Source: Squalus acanthias (Eukaryota). From it: a stretch of DNA of 64,000 nt. Below are positions 1-12,872 of this stretch, one piece after another. The translations under genes and the position numbers were made by a program. Positions within the stretch are counted from its first letter, which is position 1; every line of letters starts with the position of its first letter. The DNA lies in contig CM059437.1 of NCBI GenBank assembly GCA_030390025.1, positions 4,216,001-4,280,000 on the forward strand, given 5' to 3'. Below the pieces are notes generated by a model that had not been told where the DNA came from, made no database searches, and was given only the letters and a program-made list of their open reading frames with translations.

Positions 1-78
1 TGATAATCGCTCCTGTGAAGCGCCTTGGGACGTTTTACTATGTTAAAGCCGCTATATAAGTACAAGTTGTCGTTGTTG
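1..78 (+). mobile_element. L2/SINE 3' tail fragment
   Basis: CCTGTGAAGCGCCTTGGGACGTTTTACTATGTTAAAG..CGCTATATAA...GTTGTT, the reverse complement of the L2 ends at 29657 and 45019. Confidence 0.7.
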
Positions 79-554
79 CATGCTGAGCATGACTGGCTCA
101 GGATAAGTGCAGAAGTACTTTGCTAAATTCTAAACTGTTTCGATAGTGATTTGCTTCGCTTGGATTGGGGGTGGGGAGCACATGATTTGGCCAGTTTGTA
201 CCTCAGTTAATAAACGGGTTCACTTTAATATTTCGAAGCATTATTTTTGCTTTTAATATCATTAGAGTGCAAAATCTATGAAATTGCGTCGACCCTTAAG
301 TGGAATTAAATACCAACAGGGTTGCCATTCTGGGTTCTGGGCGATCACCTGGACAGATAGAACCGGCCTGTCAATTCTGGGAGACTCAGTTTGAAGGATG
401 TATTTGGTGAGAATGACGTGTGATGACCGGGCGCATATTGTTCCAGTGTGCTGTAAACTACCAACTACATTGGAGGAAAATAACTGTCGATATTGTTGAT
501 ACCATGTCTTAATTTACTTGAGTACAAATTCTCTAACTTTCTCGGACTTCAAGG

Positions 555-995
555 GTTAAGTTAGGAGGAGAGATTATACTAATTAGGGTTGTAATCCCTA
601 GAAGTTAGACGGTTAAAGGGTGATCTGATCGAAGTTTTCAGGATATTAAGGGGAACAGATAGGGTAGATAGAGAGAAACTATTTCCGCTGGTTGGGGAGC
701 CTTGGACTAGGGGGCATAGTCTAAAAATTAGAGCCAGGCCTTTCAGGAGTGAAATTAGGAAACACTTCTACACACAAAGGGTGATAGAAGTTTGGAACTC
801 TCTTCTGCAAACAGCAGTTGATGCTAGATCAATTGTTAATTTTAAATCTGAGATTGATAGATTTTTGTTAACCAAAGGTATTAAGGAATATGGACCAAAG
901 GCGGGTATATGGAGTTAGGTCGCAGATCAACCATGATCTTATTGAAGGGCAGAGCAGGTTCGAGGGGCTGAATGGCCTCCTCCTGTTCCTATGTT
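555..995 (+). mobile_element. CR1 LINE 3' fragment
   Basis: Encodes the CR1 ORF2 C-terminus (RRLKGDLIEVFRI...FYTQRVIEVWNSL) and ends in GAATGGCCTCCTCCTGTTCCTATGT. Confidence 0.85.
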
Positions 996-2814
996 CTCGC
1001 CAGTGGCCCACAGCTCCGTGGCGCTTGCTTAACAAAGCGGAGGCAACGCTCCATCGTGAGGCTCGGAACTCGATCTGTACTAAACATTCAAAGCAGTAAA
1101 GATATTCGAGGCTGGGTTCAACCCGAATTCTTACATCGTGTGTACCGGTCCCGGGGCGGCAGCCAGATCCGGGTTCGGTCGGACCACGCCTGGATCACCG
1201 AGTCTAGCCTTTCCTTCACACAAATGAATTAATTTGTGTCTTTTAATCAGATTTCACACCTCCCGATGGCATCCCAAACTCTGGCTGTTTTGTGACGGGT
1301 GTTGTCATCGCCGTTTATTGCGGGGCTGTGATTCTGGTTTCAGTCTGAACTTTATTTTGATTGTTAAGCAATTAAAAAAAACTTTTAAAAAAAAAGCATG
1401 AAACTGCGAAATGGTAAAGGGAAATATTTCTGCTGCAGGGATTTACAGCTAAGAACATGTATTTATCAGGAACGAATATAGTATTGCAAAAATCTGCATG
1501 ATGATTTAATTTAGCTCAATGGATCAGAAACACTCACTGAAACAGCATCAAAGGTTGAGGTATTTTAATTTTTAGTGGAAATATTCCGGCAAGCACATTT
1601 TAGAATATTTAATTCGCAAACATTGTAGATTGAACATGCTAACAAGTTATTGCAGAAAACTTGCAACTGAATAGTTAACAGTATTATACCTGCATTGCTA
1701 ATTATTACATATTATTCCGAAATAAGGGTACTGAAGGCGCCACCGCGCTGAATCCACGAGGCTGTTTTCATAACGGAAATCTATCTTACTAGATAAATAA
1801 TAACAGAAAATAATTCTAAGGCAAAGATTAATAATTAAGAAACTGCTCGCTTGAAATATCTGTTGACAGCGATCTGTGAGACTGTGAATCATTTCAGGTC
1901 CTTGGCTCCCCATCAGTTGGGCCGGGAGGTACTGGCACATTCCTCTTCTTGATATAATAATCTGTTTGTGTCACTCGGTGTACCCGTTGTGCCCTGTTTT
2001 TATGACTGAAACCAAGCATAATAAAGATGTTAATGTGAAAAATGTGATTAAAACGCCAGCAACTCCATGAATGTTTAACCGCAAAGTGCACAAGGAACTT
2101 TATATGACCTTACATGGCTTGTTGCCCGCCTCCATCTTTTAACTAAATGGCCACAGGGCACCATTTCAGCTTAGTAGGGCGAATCATCGACAGGTAGAGA
2201 GAATCGTCTATGTACCCTCAAGAAATTAAAATAATCTTTAAATTAAAAATGTAATACATTGATCCGTGGATTTATAACATTTAAAACAAAACCCTATTAG
2301 GCATCATTTATTACTGAGAGGTTTTGCATGCAGGTAATCCATTTGACTGCCCTGGAGCCGGAACCTGAGCCTTACGTGTTCATTCCTTGATGTACCTTTA
2401 TGTCTAGGTGTAATTAATTAGCACCACCAGATACATTTTTCAACATATGATGCATAAATTGTCAACGATTCCGAGATGTTACATGTACAGCAGACCCCTG
2501 TTTGCTGCATTACGGCGGGATTCAGATATGTTTCTCAGGGCGAGACTGACTTAGCATAACTGAAGATACCATTATTAAGTGTATCATCACTGACTGCGCT
2601 CTTGCTTATAATTTCATTGCTATTAATCGAGTAGGTCGTGATTTGCGTCTCAGGACGTCAATGTGAATTAGATGATATCAGGATTGCCTAATGCATGCAC
2701 ACTTAGTCTATTCTGTTCATTTAAAAAATATATGTGCTTTTGTAACTTGCAGCTTTGATAATGTGTTCCCGCAAGTATTCTTAAAGCTTTATAAGTATTG
2801 TCCTTGAACTAGAA

Positions 2815-4500
2815 TTACATAGAATCTACAGCACAAAAACAAGCCATTTGGCACAAATGGTCTATGTAGGTGGTTACGCTCCATACGAGCCTCCTCCAAC
2901 TCCAACCATCTCTTCCCACCCTGCCCCCACACCTCTCCCCTATTCCCTTCGCCCTCATGTATGCATCTGCCCTTAACTTCATCAATACTACCTGGTTCAA
3001 CCATTCCATGTGGCAGCGAGTTCCACATTCTCACCACTCTCTGTGTAAAGATATTCCTCTTAAGTTCTTTATTTAATCCGTTAATGGCTATCTTGTATTT
3101 ATGCCCCCTTAACTCACTGGTAGAAACGGTTTCTCCACCCTATTGAACCCTTTCATAATTTTCGAGACCTCTATCTGGTCTCCTCTTATATATATATATA
3201 TATATATATATAAATGATTTTGACTCAAAATTTGGAGGTACAGTGTTGACACTCTCAAATGATTGTAAATTGGGGCTACAGCTAATAATGGGTTAAAGCC
3301 ATTCTCTTTTCCAGAGAAAAGAGACCCAGGCTGCTTAATCTTACCTGCTGGTTGCATACCCTCAATTCTAGTAACATCCTTGTAAATCTTTTTTCCACTT
3401 TCTCCAGGGCTTCAATATTATGTTGGTAGTATGCAGGACAGATCTGCACATTCAAAGTTTAGTCTAACCAAGGTTCTAAATAGATGTAATATGATCTCCC
3501 TGCTTTTGTATTTTATTCCTCTACAAATCCACCCCAATACTTTAATTGCAATCTTTATGGTGCTAGCAACTTGTGTTGCTACTTTTAGTGATGTATGTAT
3601 CTATATTCCCAAATCTCTTTGGCATTCTACCCCATGTAGTTCCTTAGCTTCCAAGGAATAGGTGGCCTCCTTATTCCTCCTACAAAAATGAACCACCTCA
3701 CACTTCGCTATATTGAATTTTAATTGCTGTTTATCCACCTACTGTGCAAGCCTGTTTATGTCTTCCTGTATTTTGGTGCAGTCTTGCACATTATTAACAA
3801 TAGCCCCCAATTTGGAATCATCTGAGAGTGTCGACATTGTAACCCCAACTACTGAGTCAAAATCATTTATATATATGGTGAAAAACAGTTGTCCCAGCAC
3901 AGATTGCTATAGGACACCACTTCCTACTTTCTGCTAGTCTGAGAAACTTCCTTTAACTCCTACCCTCTGTTTTCCATTTTGCAGACATCTTTCAATCCAT
4001 TCTGCTGCCTGGCTCCTGATTCCACACAGCCTGACCTTTGTCAAGAGTTTCTTATGTGACACCTTCTCGAAAGCCTTCTGAAGCCCGAGTATACCGCATC
4101 CACTTCATTGCCCTTGTCTATTCTTTCTGTTACTTCTCCAAAGAATTCAATAAGGGTTGATTAAACACGACCCTCCTTCTAGAAATCAATGCTGACTATT
4201 TTTCATTATATTCTCGTATTAGATTCTAGTATTATTCCTACTACTTACGTTAAGCTAACCAGTCTATAGTTCCCTGGATTAGTTCTATCTCCCTTTTTGC
4301 AGATAGGAATTACATTTGTTGCCCGCCATTCTATTGGCACTGTTCCTTTTCTATTGATTTTATATATATATATATGTATATGAATACTAGTAGCTCTGCT
4401 ATCTTCTCCTATCTATCTAGTTTATTTGAGTATCTGTGGGTGCAATCCATCTGGACCCGGGGTCTTGTCCTCCTTAAGTTTGTCTAGTTTGTCTATTATC
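2815..4500 (-). mobile_element. Degraded CR1 LINE with internal (TA)n
   Basis: Minus-strand translation RGDQIEVSKIMKG and VRMWNSLP, a CR1-type 3' tail at 2815-2860, and degraded RT upstream. (TA)n at ~3187-3212. Confidence 0.75.
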
Positions 4501-4743
4501 TCCTTTCTCGCCAATTTAACTGTTGTAATAACATTGACTTTTGTTGAACTGCCATTGCACGATAGACCTGTGCGTTGGAGTATGTTGTAAAATATGTACG
4601 GCCTCTACTCTCAGACAATTGTGTTTGATTATGAATAACACAAAGTGCAACCACTTACAATAGTTGTACAAAACTCGACATGGAGCCACATGGGCAATCG
4701 CTTGCCCATAAAAATATTGCAACTCTCCAAACCCTATAAAGTT

Positions 4744-5172
4744 ACATAGAAACATAGAATCTAGGAGCAGGAGTAGGCCATTCGGCCCGTCGAGCCTGCT
4801 CCACCATTCAATACGATCATGGCTGATCATCCAAATCCAGTACCCTGTCCCTGCTTTAATCCCCACAGTACACATATCCCACCCTACCCCCGTAACCCCA
4901 CGTATTTAATTCCCCCTAACATATCCCATCCTATCCCCATAACCCCACATATTTAATCCCCCCCTAACACTAAGGGTCAATTTATCATAGCCAAATCAAC
5001 CTAACCCGCACATTTTTGGATTGTGGGAGGAAACCGGAGCACCCGGAGGAAACCCACGCAGACACGGGGAGAATGTGCAAACTCCACACAGACAGTCACC
5101 CGAGGTCAGATTCGAACCCGGGTCCCTGGCGCTGTGAGGCACCAGTGCTAACCACTATGCCACCGTGTTGCC
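4744..5172 (-). mobile_element. HE1-like V-SINE (tRNA head, V domain, CR1-derived tail)
   Basis: A box TGGCATAGTGG and B box GGTTCGAATC, V-domain GTGTGGAGTTTGCACATTCTCCCCGTGTCTGCGTGGGTTTCCTCCGGGTGCTCCGGTTTCCTCCC, tail GAATGGCCTACTCCTGCTCC...TTCTATGT. Confidence 0.85.
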
Positions 5173-6633
5173 TAATTTCAGAGAGATTGCGAGATGGCGG
5201 AGCGGGAGTCGGTTTTTATCGATAAGTTCCCAATACTGGTAAAACTTTAGTTGCACCAAATTAGTTTAGAACTTTCCACTGATAACTAAATTTTAAAAAT
5301 GGTAAAAGATGCTATGAAACTGAACAGTTTAAAAGCAAAGTTCTTAACAATTGTTAGTTAGAAATATCTTCAAACCTTCACTTTTATCAAAAGGATGAGG
5401 AACAGATAGAATTGTTCTTACCCAGTGGGTTTATCTTGTGCCGACGCTGTTCATGTTTCCATCATGTCCTGGAACTCAAATGAAAGATTTGTTTATCAAA
5501 CAATTAAGATTTTGAAGTTAACACGTAATTTGGGATGTAATGTAAAGTATTTCTTAGCGCAATAATTTTCCCCTAAGGATTGCATGCAACAATGCATATT
5601 ACTAAATGAAACTTCCTTCATTTTTCAGTGCTCCTATATTTTGAGAGCTACGATATTCAATTCTACAACCCAGCATTCTCACCAAACCCATTTTCTGCTA
5701 ACATTGATGGGTTTTATATTCTTGTTATCCTGTGACAGAACACCGTGCTTAGATTGAAATGAGGATCACATTAATTGGGATGGTTTAAATCTCGATTGAC
5801 AGTGTATTAAGTGACATTTAAACATTGCTGCACACGATTTAATGGAGAAAGCGAGGATCATTGTGTCATGCTGACTTGTTTTAGTCAAATAAATACTGAA
5901 AGGGACCAATGTAATATATGGCGTCCGTTGTAAATATGCAATATCAGGAAGGTGCAGCAATCGTTATAAATGTCTACGCTTCTGTGTATCTTTTCTTTAC
6001 AGTCTAAATGATGTTTAAAGCGCGCCACTGGCATTTAAATCGGTTGTATTGAAAATTAAAGCTTGAAGGTCCTTTCAGTGATAAAGAGAAAATTATAAAC
6101 TCTGCACACTTTCTGCTAAAGGCTGGTGCTGCACTGTGTGTTTGCAAAGCTAGTTCTGGTCTGTAAAACAAATTCACCTACAATATTAATCTTTGAGGGT
6201 CAGTTTATTTATACTGGCGAGTCGTTTCAATGTTATATGCAAGTTTAATGTGGATTTCGAAGAGATGGCGAGTGCCTTCATGCCTCGGATTGTATGTTGC
6301 CCTCAATTTAATGGATTTTAAAACTCGAGTGAATAAGTGCAGTTGGATTTGCAGGGTCAGCGTTTAAAGTTACTAGGAACCAAACGGCCTTCGACATCTG
6401 GTCTCATCTGGAAGCCGAGCTGATTTTTCCAAGTTAAAAACTCAGCTCCACAGGTGAAGAATTTAGCACCAGCATAAATGCTAATGAAAACCCAGTAAAA
6501 TGTGTCCCAGAATAAGAGCTGTGGCCACATTAAGGGGTCGGGTATACAACAGCCCGATTGAGTCGGGATCTGCAGTGGAATGTGTTCGATTCTATTGACA
6601 TTAAGTGAAATGCACCATTTTTTTTTTCAGTCC

Positions 6634-6849
6634 GAAACTGAATTTGTCTACCGCTTTTTTTTCACTCACCAAACAATAAGAATTTCGACCTAACGCGTCA
6701 GATAAACTTCAGATTCCTGGATTAAAAGCTGTTGGCCTTTTCTTTGTTTGTGTGGAGTTGGAAGCTCTCTCTCGCTCTCTAGCACCAAATTTGATGTTTG
6801 TTCCAAGAGGCACCCCTGCCTCTGTCTCTTTTTTTCGTCAGCCAGTTGT
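6634..6849 (-). pseudogene. HoxB11-like pseudogene, homeobox (exon 2) remnant
   Basis: Acceptor TGCTAACAG (AG at 6851-6850). Ordered blocks: KKR, C, NKHQIW (6802-6785), LESE (6782-6771), NKEK (6748-6737), QL, SRNL (6721-6710), SD, R*VEI (6695-6681), VKKK. These match Hox11 [57 protein letters not shown], with several frameshifts and a CAG>TAG stop. Confidence 0.8.
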
Positions 6850-7319
6850 CTGTTAGCACATAAAATTTGCACAGACAGGCAATAAAGTGTCTGGCTGCTG
6901 TGTACGCTCCCTATACAACGCCTTGAAAAAAAACACTGCTTTTAAATGCTGCCACAGCACAACCGTGGGATTGATATTTTAGCTTCTACCCGCATTAGAA
7001 TGTATAGTCTCTATATATTTTTAGAAATGCTGACATTTTTTTTTCGTTGGCGGATAGAGATTTTAGAAGAACTCTAAAAACAAACAACACCACTGTGAAA
7101 ACAAATCTGTAAATTGTACTTGATCGTGGGTGTTTGGTGTGGAGTTCTCAAAGTTTAAAGCACCATTAATTAATTTTAATTGTAAATATTCTGTATGGGT
7201 AAAAATCCAGGGTTTTAAAATATAGGATTGATTGGAAAAAAAATCAGTGTCTTGTTGGAATTTCGTTGCCTCTGCTCGCGCTCTGGGCTCTTTATGACCG
7301 TATCTGGGGCGACTGGCTG

Positions 7320-7834
7320 CAACTGAGTGAACTTCTCTTGTTATTCCTGTCGCGAAATTGTTTTCCCTCCTGCAGTTTCTAACCTTGAAACGGTTCCAGT
7401 CCTAAACTCTATTCCCTGGACGCATTCCCCTGTGGAACTTGTCGCTCATTCTAGAGCGGATGTTTATTCGAGTGATTGTTTAACGTGTTGGATAGTCGAA
7501 TAAGAATCCAATTCTATTGACTGGTTTCTTGTTCGCTGCAGGCATGCTGTTGGCGAACCTTATAGAAAGCAGTTGAATTTTTTTGGGGGTGGGGGTAAAG
7601 TTTAATTAAATAAAGCTGCATCGCCAACATACATAGACAAGCAGCACCTATTAAAAACGGCACCATCTAAAGTCAGAAGGATCAGTCTATTGCAGTGCAG
7701 GCGTCTCAGTACTTCACGAAACCCCAGGTTAGACCCGGCTTTGGGCAAAATTAAAATTCTTAAAATTCACACGCAATTCCTCTTCATATATGTGCCTAAG
7801 GGTAAGTAAATTACCTCCTCTCGTCTTTCAACAT
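7320..7834 (-). pseudogene. HoxB11-like pseudogene, exon 1 remnant
   Basis: caccATG TTG AAA GAC GAG AGG = MLKDER (HoxA11 MDFDER). 7811-7710 reads IYLPLGTYMKRNCV*ILRILILPKAGSNLGFREV (Hox11 MYLPSCTYYV...FLPQ...SNL...VREV, with the YLP-to-LP spacing preserved). Further ordered blocks in shifting frames: AID/DPS..RW, NRCCL (HRDCL), VGD, YPHP...STAFY (YHHP...SSNFY) and a GNNEEK-like block near 7345. Confidence 0.75.
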
Positions 7835-7837
7835 GGT

Positions 7838-7870
7838 GAACCACATGACGTGCGATGTGATCACGTGATC
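7838..7870 (-). promoter_or_regulatory. E-box/CRE-like cluster immediately upstream of the HoxB11-like ATG
   Basis: Minus strand GATCACGTGATCACATCGCACGTCATGTGG: a CACGTGA palindrome followed by GCACGTCA, a motif pair I recall from Hox11 promoters. Confidence 0.5.
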
Positions 7871-10800
7871 GTACCAAGAATGCAACATTACTTGTACCAT
7901 ACACTTCAGAGGCCAACATTGGTTCAAAGGCGGTGGGAAGTCTGCAGCTTTTTAAATGCATCTTTTATTATTGTGTCTGTTGTGGTGTCGATTTGCAGTG
8001 GTAGCCATCAAGCTGCAGAACACAGATATTTCGTGTGAAAATACTGATGATGATTTCGCCGCTCATCTCTTGGAATTAACAAGTTAAAATGTTGAGTTTT
8101 ATTGTAAGGGCCTGTTGTAGGCGACTGTTTATTTTAATAAACACAATCTTGGCCTACTCCTGCTCCCATTTCTCCTGCTCTTATGTCAGAATCCTGTCTA
8201 TTCGCCAAATAGCTATTTTAAAACATCCCATAATTATTTATTTGACTAACTTGTTTCCCAAACTACCACGCATTTTTTTATTGATCGTAATAATTGATTC
8301 AAAATGTCCTTTCAAGGTGACTTGCGCAATATATCCTCCCAAGGTACAGTAGTTAATTAGTACCAGTCTGCCTGTTTTACAATCATTTTAATTGCAATTC
8401 TATTGAGACGTATTAAATCCAACCAAAAATGAACACACCGTGTTCCAGTCAGAGCATGCAAGTATTGCCCTGTGATTGTCACCGTTCTGCCAATCAAGCA
8501 TGTGGAATGTGGCACAAATCTCGTTATTTGTTTTCTTTTGAAATTGAAGTCAAAACTGCAACAAATTCTTTGGAAAAAGGATTAACCCGAGTAACTTATT
8601 TAAACCTTTCACTCTGTACATTGGTTGTGAAATGATTTTTTTTTACTTTAGGGACTCATTTTATTCCCCGCGGTATAAGAATACAAAATATTGGAGGAAA
8701 TATTACATCATGCTGGGCCGGCCCGCACACATTAGCATCGAGGCTTTCACTGACGCCAGCGCTTTCTCTTCAGAGTTCGTTCATCAATCCATGCAGTTCG
8801 TTGGATCCGAGAAAAATAATTGATAGAAGTACAAAAAGAAACAGAGAAGTTGGTCATTCATTCATCTCTATGTTGATGCTGCAGCACAGTTTTTAAACTG
8901 GCTTTGCAGGGTTTATGGGAGGGTTCGTTTTAGGATCGTGGATTAAACCCAAGCATTGTGAAATGAACAAATATGTTCGATGGCAATCAACATAGGAATA
9001 GCAGGGTACTTAGTGCCAATGAAAGTACTGCATCGCTGCAGGACAATCGTCTTGGAACCTGGCTAAGCGGAGCTGTACAGCAGCTTTGAAAAGAATTCCC
9101 TATCGAAAGCAACCAATAGAAATATTAATTCGTTTTCAATAAGAGTGCTGACCAATGCACAAAATGTTCAGCACTCGGCCAAAGTATAAGACTCTCAGAA
9201 GCGCTGTTCATACACAGTAAGTTTTGTGAGCATTTTAAACTTTTAGCCGATGCTCTGTAGAACGACACTCACCAACATCCAAAGAGATTATTTAACTAGC
9301 CAGCAAATAAACTGCTGCTTTCCCGTCTTGTTTCTCCGCGCACTTGTAGTACCCACTCCGCGAAGACTAATGCTTAGCAGTAAACAACATTAGCCCTCAA
9401 ACGGATAGACGTACCGACCACTTCCCCCTATGTTACTGACACGCAGACATGTTCCTCATTCCAACTTTCTGCTCATAAACTCCTGCCCGAAAGGACGTCT
9501 ACAGACATTCTCGAAATTAAATATCTCAAGCATTTTTTCACCGGCTTACTCTTTAAATTTTTACATATATCTTCCTTTTGCAAAAAAAAAATCTGTAACT
9601 ATTTATAAATAATCCCTTTCGGGATGTCTAACAAAACCGGAAAGTTGGTAACTTTTCTACTTTTAGTGAAACTTTTAAAATTTAAAATATGTTGCAGTTA
9701 CGTACGGTTTGACATTGAGATAGCAAACAGAAGTATTCCACATAAATATACAAACATCAGATTAATTCTAAAATGATAGTATTCGTGCACATATCTCAAT
9801 AAAAACCTTTAGCATGTGGCTTTAGGAATACACTGATTTTTTGTTAATCTAACCATAACACAAGGGACAATATCTGTTTTGCAATATTTTTAATAATAGA
9901 AAATATGAAATTCAAGAGCGAGATTAAGGAGACGGTTTGTCTGGGATAAAAACGGAAGATTCCGGAAAGACACAGCGGGTCAGTTTAATACCGGCGGAGA
10001 CAACGGGCAAGTAAACCGTTGGGAAACACCTGAAAGCCTCGCCGGTTTTACTGTTCACAGGTTGAATGATTTGCTAAGCATTTTAGTGCATATTATTTTA
10101 TTTTAAAATTTCTAACGTTGTACGAATTAAATATTTAAAAACTCAGGCTTTGCATAAATAGAAATAAATAACTTTGAATGCACGAGACAAAACAAGTGAG
10201 TTTACAGCGTTATTTCCAAGGCCGGATTAATGTGACAGGCCGATTTTTGCCTGTTTAACCGTTGCCCAAGTGATTGGATATCAGGCTTTACAAACACACA
10301 AGTCACTTAAGTAACCTGACTCCCGCAAATTTTCATCACCTTTACTTTTGTCGTAATATTGTAGCAGGTATAGAGAGGAAATAGGGAGCATTTCACCAGA
10401 TAAGGTTCCCCCCTCCCCTTAAACGGACTGCAAATTGAACATTAATTATTTTTCCTGTTAATGCACCGCATGATCAGCGTTTAAATATCTAGTCCCACTC
10501 TGCGTGTTTCCGATAGGATCGCATTTTTCAAGTGTCGTTTTACAATGAAGTTCCACAAGTTTTGTATAAAATAAAAACATTTTGTCTATAAAACAAATTG
10601 CAGCGAGTTTTTTTCCCCTTTTAACGCCGATTCCTGTTCTGTAGGCACAATTAGCTACCATCTGATTTTTGATCGTTTTACTCGTTCAGAACAAATGAGT
10701 TGCTTCAACCGCAAACAGATCTCGGGTTGGTGCATCAGGGAAACTGAATCAGGAAACAAAATGATTACAGACTAGTTCCACAATTAATGCAAGATGAACT

Positions 10801-11027
10801 GTTTCTGGCCCAGCCCAAGAAGCATGAAGGAATTGGTCTGAATGGTAAACCAATACATACCGTTTTAAATCCAAGTTTGGAGGAACACGCCGTTCGTAAC
10901 GACCGCTTTCCGTTCAATGTCAAAACGGCACACACAAAATTATCAATGATGGAGAATAAAGAAGGCAAAATTGTTTTAACAAAAATGTAAATCGTTATAA
11001 ATGATTTTCTTTTATTTTTTTAACGAG

Positions 11028-11052
11028 AGGTCAAGGTGAAAAGCTAAGGTCC
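11028..11052 (+). promoter_or_regulatory. Nuclear receptor DR0-like element
   Basis: AGGTCAAGGTGA at 11028-11039, followed by AAGCTAAGGTCC. Confidence 0.4.
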
Positions 11053-12439
11053 AGAGTGCACCGCACCACAAAGGCTCCTCCAAACAGTTAAAAAAAAGAG
11101 GAGGAAGTCAATTAGAAAATAATGATTAGGTGACGCTAATATTGCGATTTAAAGTCCTGAAAACGGTAGAAAGGTAAAACTGAGGGAGGTAAGAAGTCGC
11201 ACGGTTCTGGGAAAGAAGGATCCGCAGTGGGAACCTGTGAATGAGTGTTGAGGATGCAGGGAGGGGGAATAGTGTATGGAACCACATACTTGGAGCTTAG
11301 AAGGAACAAGCCCGAGAAGTTCATAGCTGCAATGGTCATAGCAGAGAGACAGACAGATAAAGACCGAACGGGTATGATGAATACATTACTTACTCTTAAT
11401 GGATTTACATACTGGAGGCAACTTAGGAGAAAAGAGCCGATGTGATTCATTTTACACCGTACAGGGTTGAACTTGTACCTGCAATAACAACATCAAGAAG
11501 TGGAAGGCGTCAGCATTCACGCAATGTGTGTGCATAATATTAACTCGTGCAGTGCTCGAGTTTCGAGTTCCCCTTTTTCATTGGTTGCAAAAGTCTCATT
11601 TTACACCTTAAAAGGTTCCTACACTATTTCCGGATTTCAGTTGCAATCGGGACAAAGTCACATAACCATAAATTGTCAATATTTCTGTGTATTTTCGCAA
11701 TGAGTTTGTATCATAGCAACAGCTCTGTAGTTTGTGACACTTTCACTTTTCCTATACACAGAGACATGCACAATATATGTTTCCACACAAATATAATCTC
11801 TCTCTCACATACGTACACCGCAGCCTTTACTACACACGCATTCTCGCTCTCGCACAAAAGCTGCAGAGGGCAAAATAATTACAATATTAAACGGATATTT
11901 GCGAGAAATATTCAATAGGGAATATAACACTGCCCGGCCATCCAATTCTTGTAACATTGCCGATGACAGAGGAGTTTGTAGTTAGTACGGCGGAGCTGCT
12001 TGCCAAGTTAAAGGGACTTTAACACTAACAAATTATTTGGGACTGATGGGATCGAACCTGTGGATTTTGACGCCAACTAGAGAGGAAATTTGCGTCGCAC
12101 TGGCTGTCGTCATGAGCGAATCACTGGGCACTGCTGAGGTTTTGTCGGACTGAAAGCAGCATATCTATTGCCTAGGTTTTAAAAGGAGAACATATCTGAT
12201 CAAGGTAACGACAAACTCATTAGCCTAAAATCAATAATAGCTAAAATCATGGAAACTATTCTAATGGAAAGGCTGGAGGTCTATCTGCATAGAACAGCAG
12301 TAAAAATAAAACCACACTCACGTTTATGTAGCATCTTATCACCTGGAGATGTCTCAAAGCACTTCACACAGTGATTTATATGGAAGTGCAGTGACTTGTT
12401 ATTTACACGAATAATTTAATAACAATGATCGGGGGCATA

Positions 12440-12872
12440 AAGGGTTAACTTAAGGGGACAGGTTGCATATACATAGCTTGTATTCTCTTGAGTTTAGACG
12501 ATTGCGGGGTGTTCTAATCAAGGTATTTAAAATGATTGGGGGATTCGATAGCGTTGATAAATTATCTCCTCCGGTAGGGGACAAGAGGACACAATCCTAA
12601 AATTAGAGCTAGGTCATTTAGCAGTGAAATCAGGAAGCATTTTTTCACACAAAGTGTAGTGGAAATTGGAACTCTCTCCCCCAAAAGGTTGTGGATGCTG
12701 GGGGTCAACCGAAATTTTCAAGACAGGGATCGATAGGTTTTTCTTGGGTAAGGGTATTAGGGGAAATGGAACGAAGGCGGGTAAATTGAGTTAAGGTACA
12801 GATCAGCCATGATCTAATTTGAATGTCGGAACAAGCTCGATGGGCTGAACGGCCTGCTACTGTCGCTATGTA
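12440..12872 (+). mobile_element. CR1 LINE 3' fragment
   Basis: Homologous to 555-995. It lies within older CR1 debris spanning ~12180-14390. Confidence 0.8.

Noticed and set aside
6634-6849. Alternative assignment of this homeobox remnant to Hox12 (ends VKKKR) or Hox10 (KHQ)
   Set aside because: NKEK, QL-SR, D-R-Q and the linked MxxDER/YLP/REV exon 1 all favour group 11. The KKK run is one substitution from KEK.
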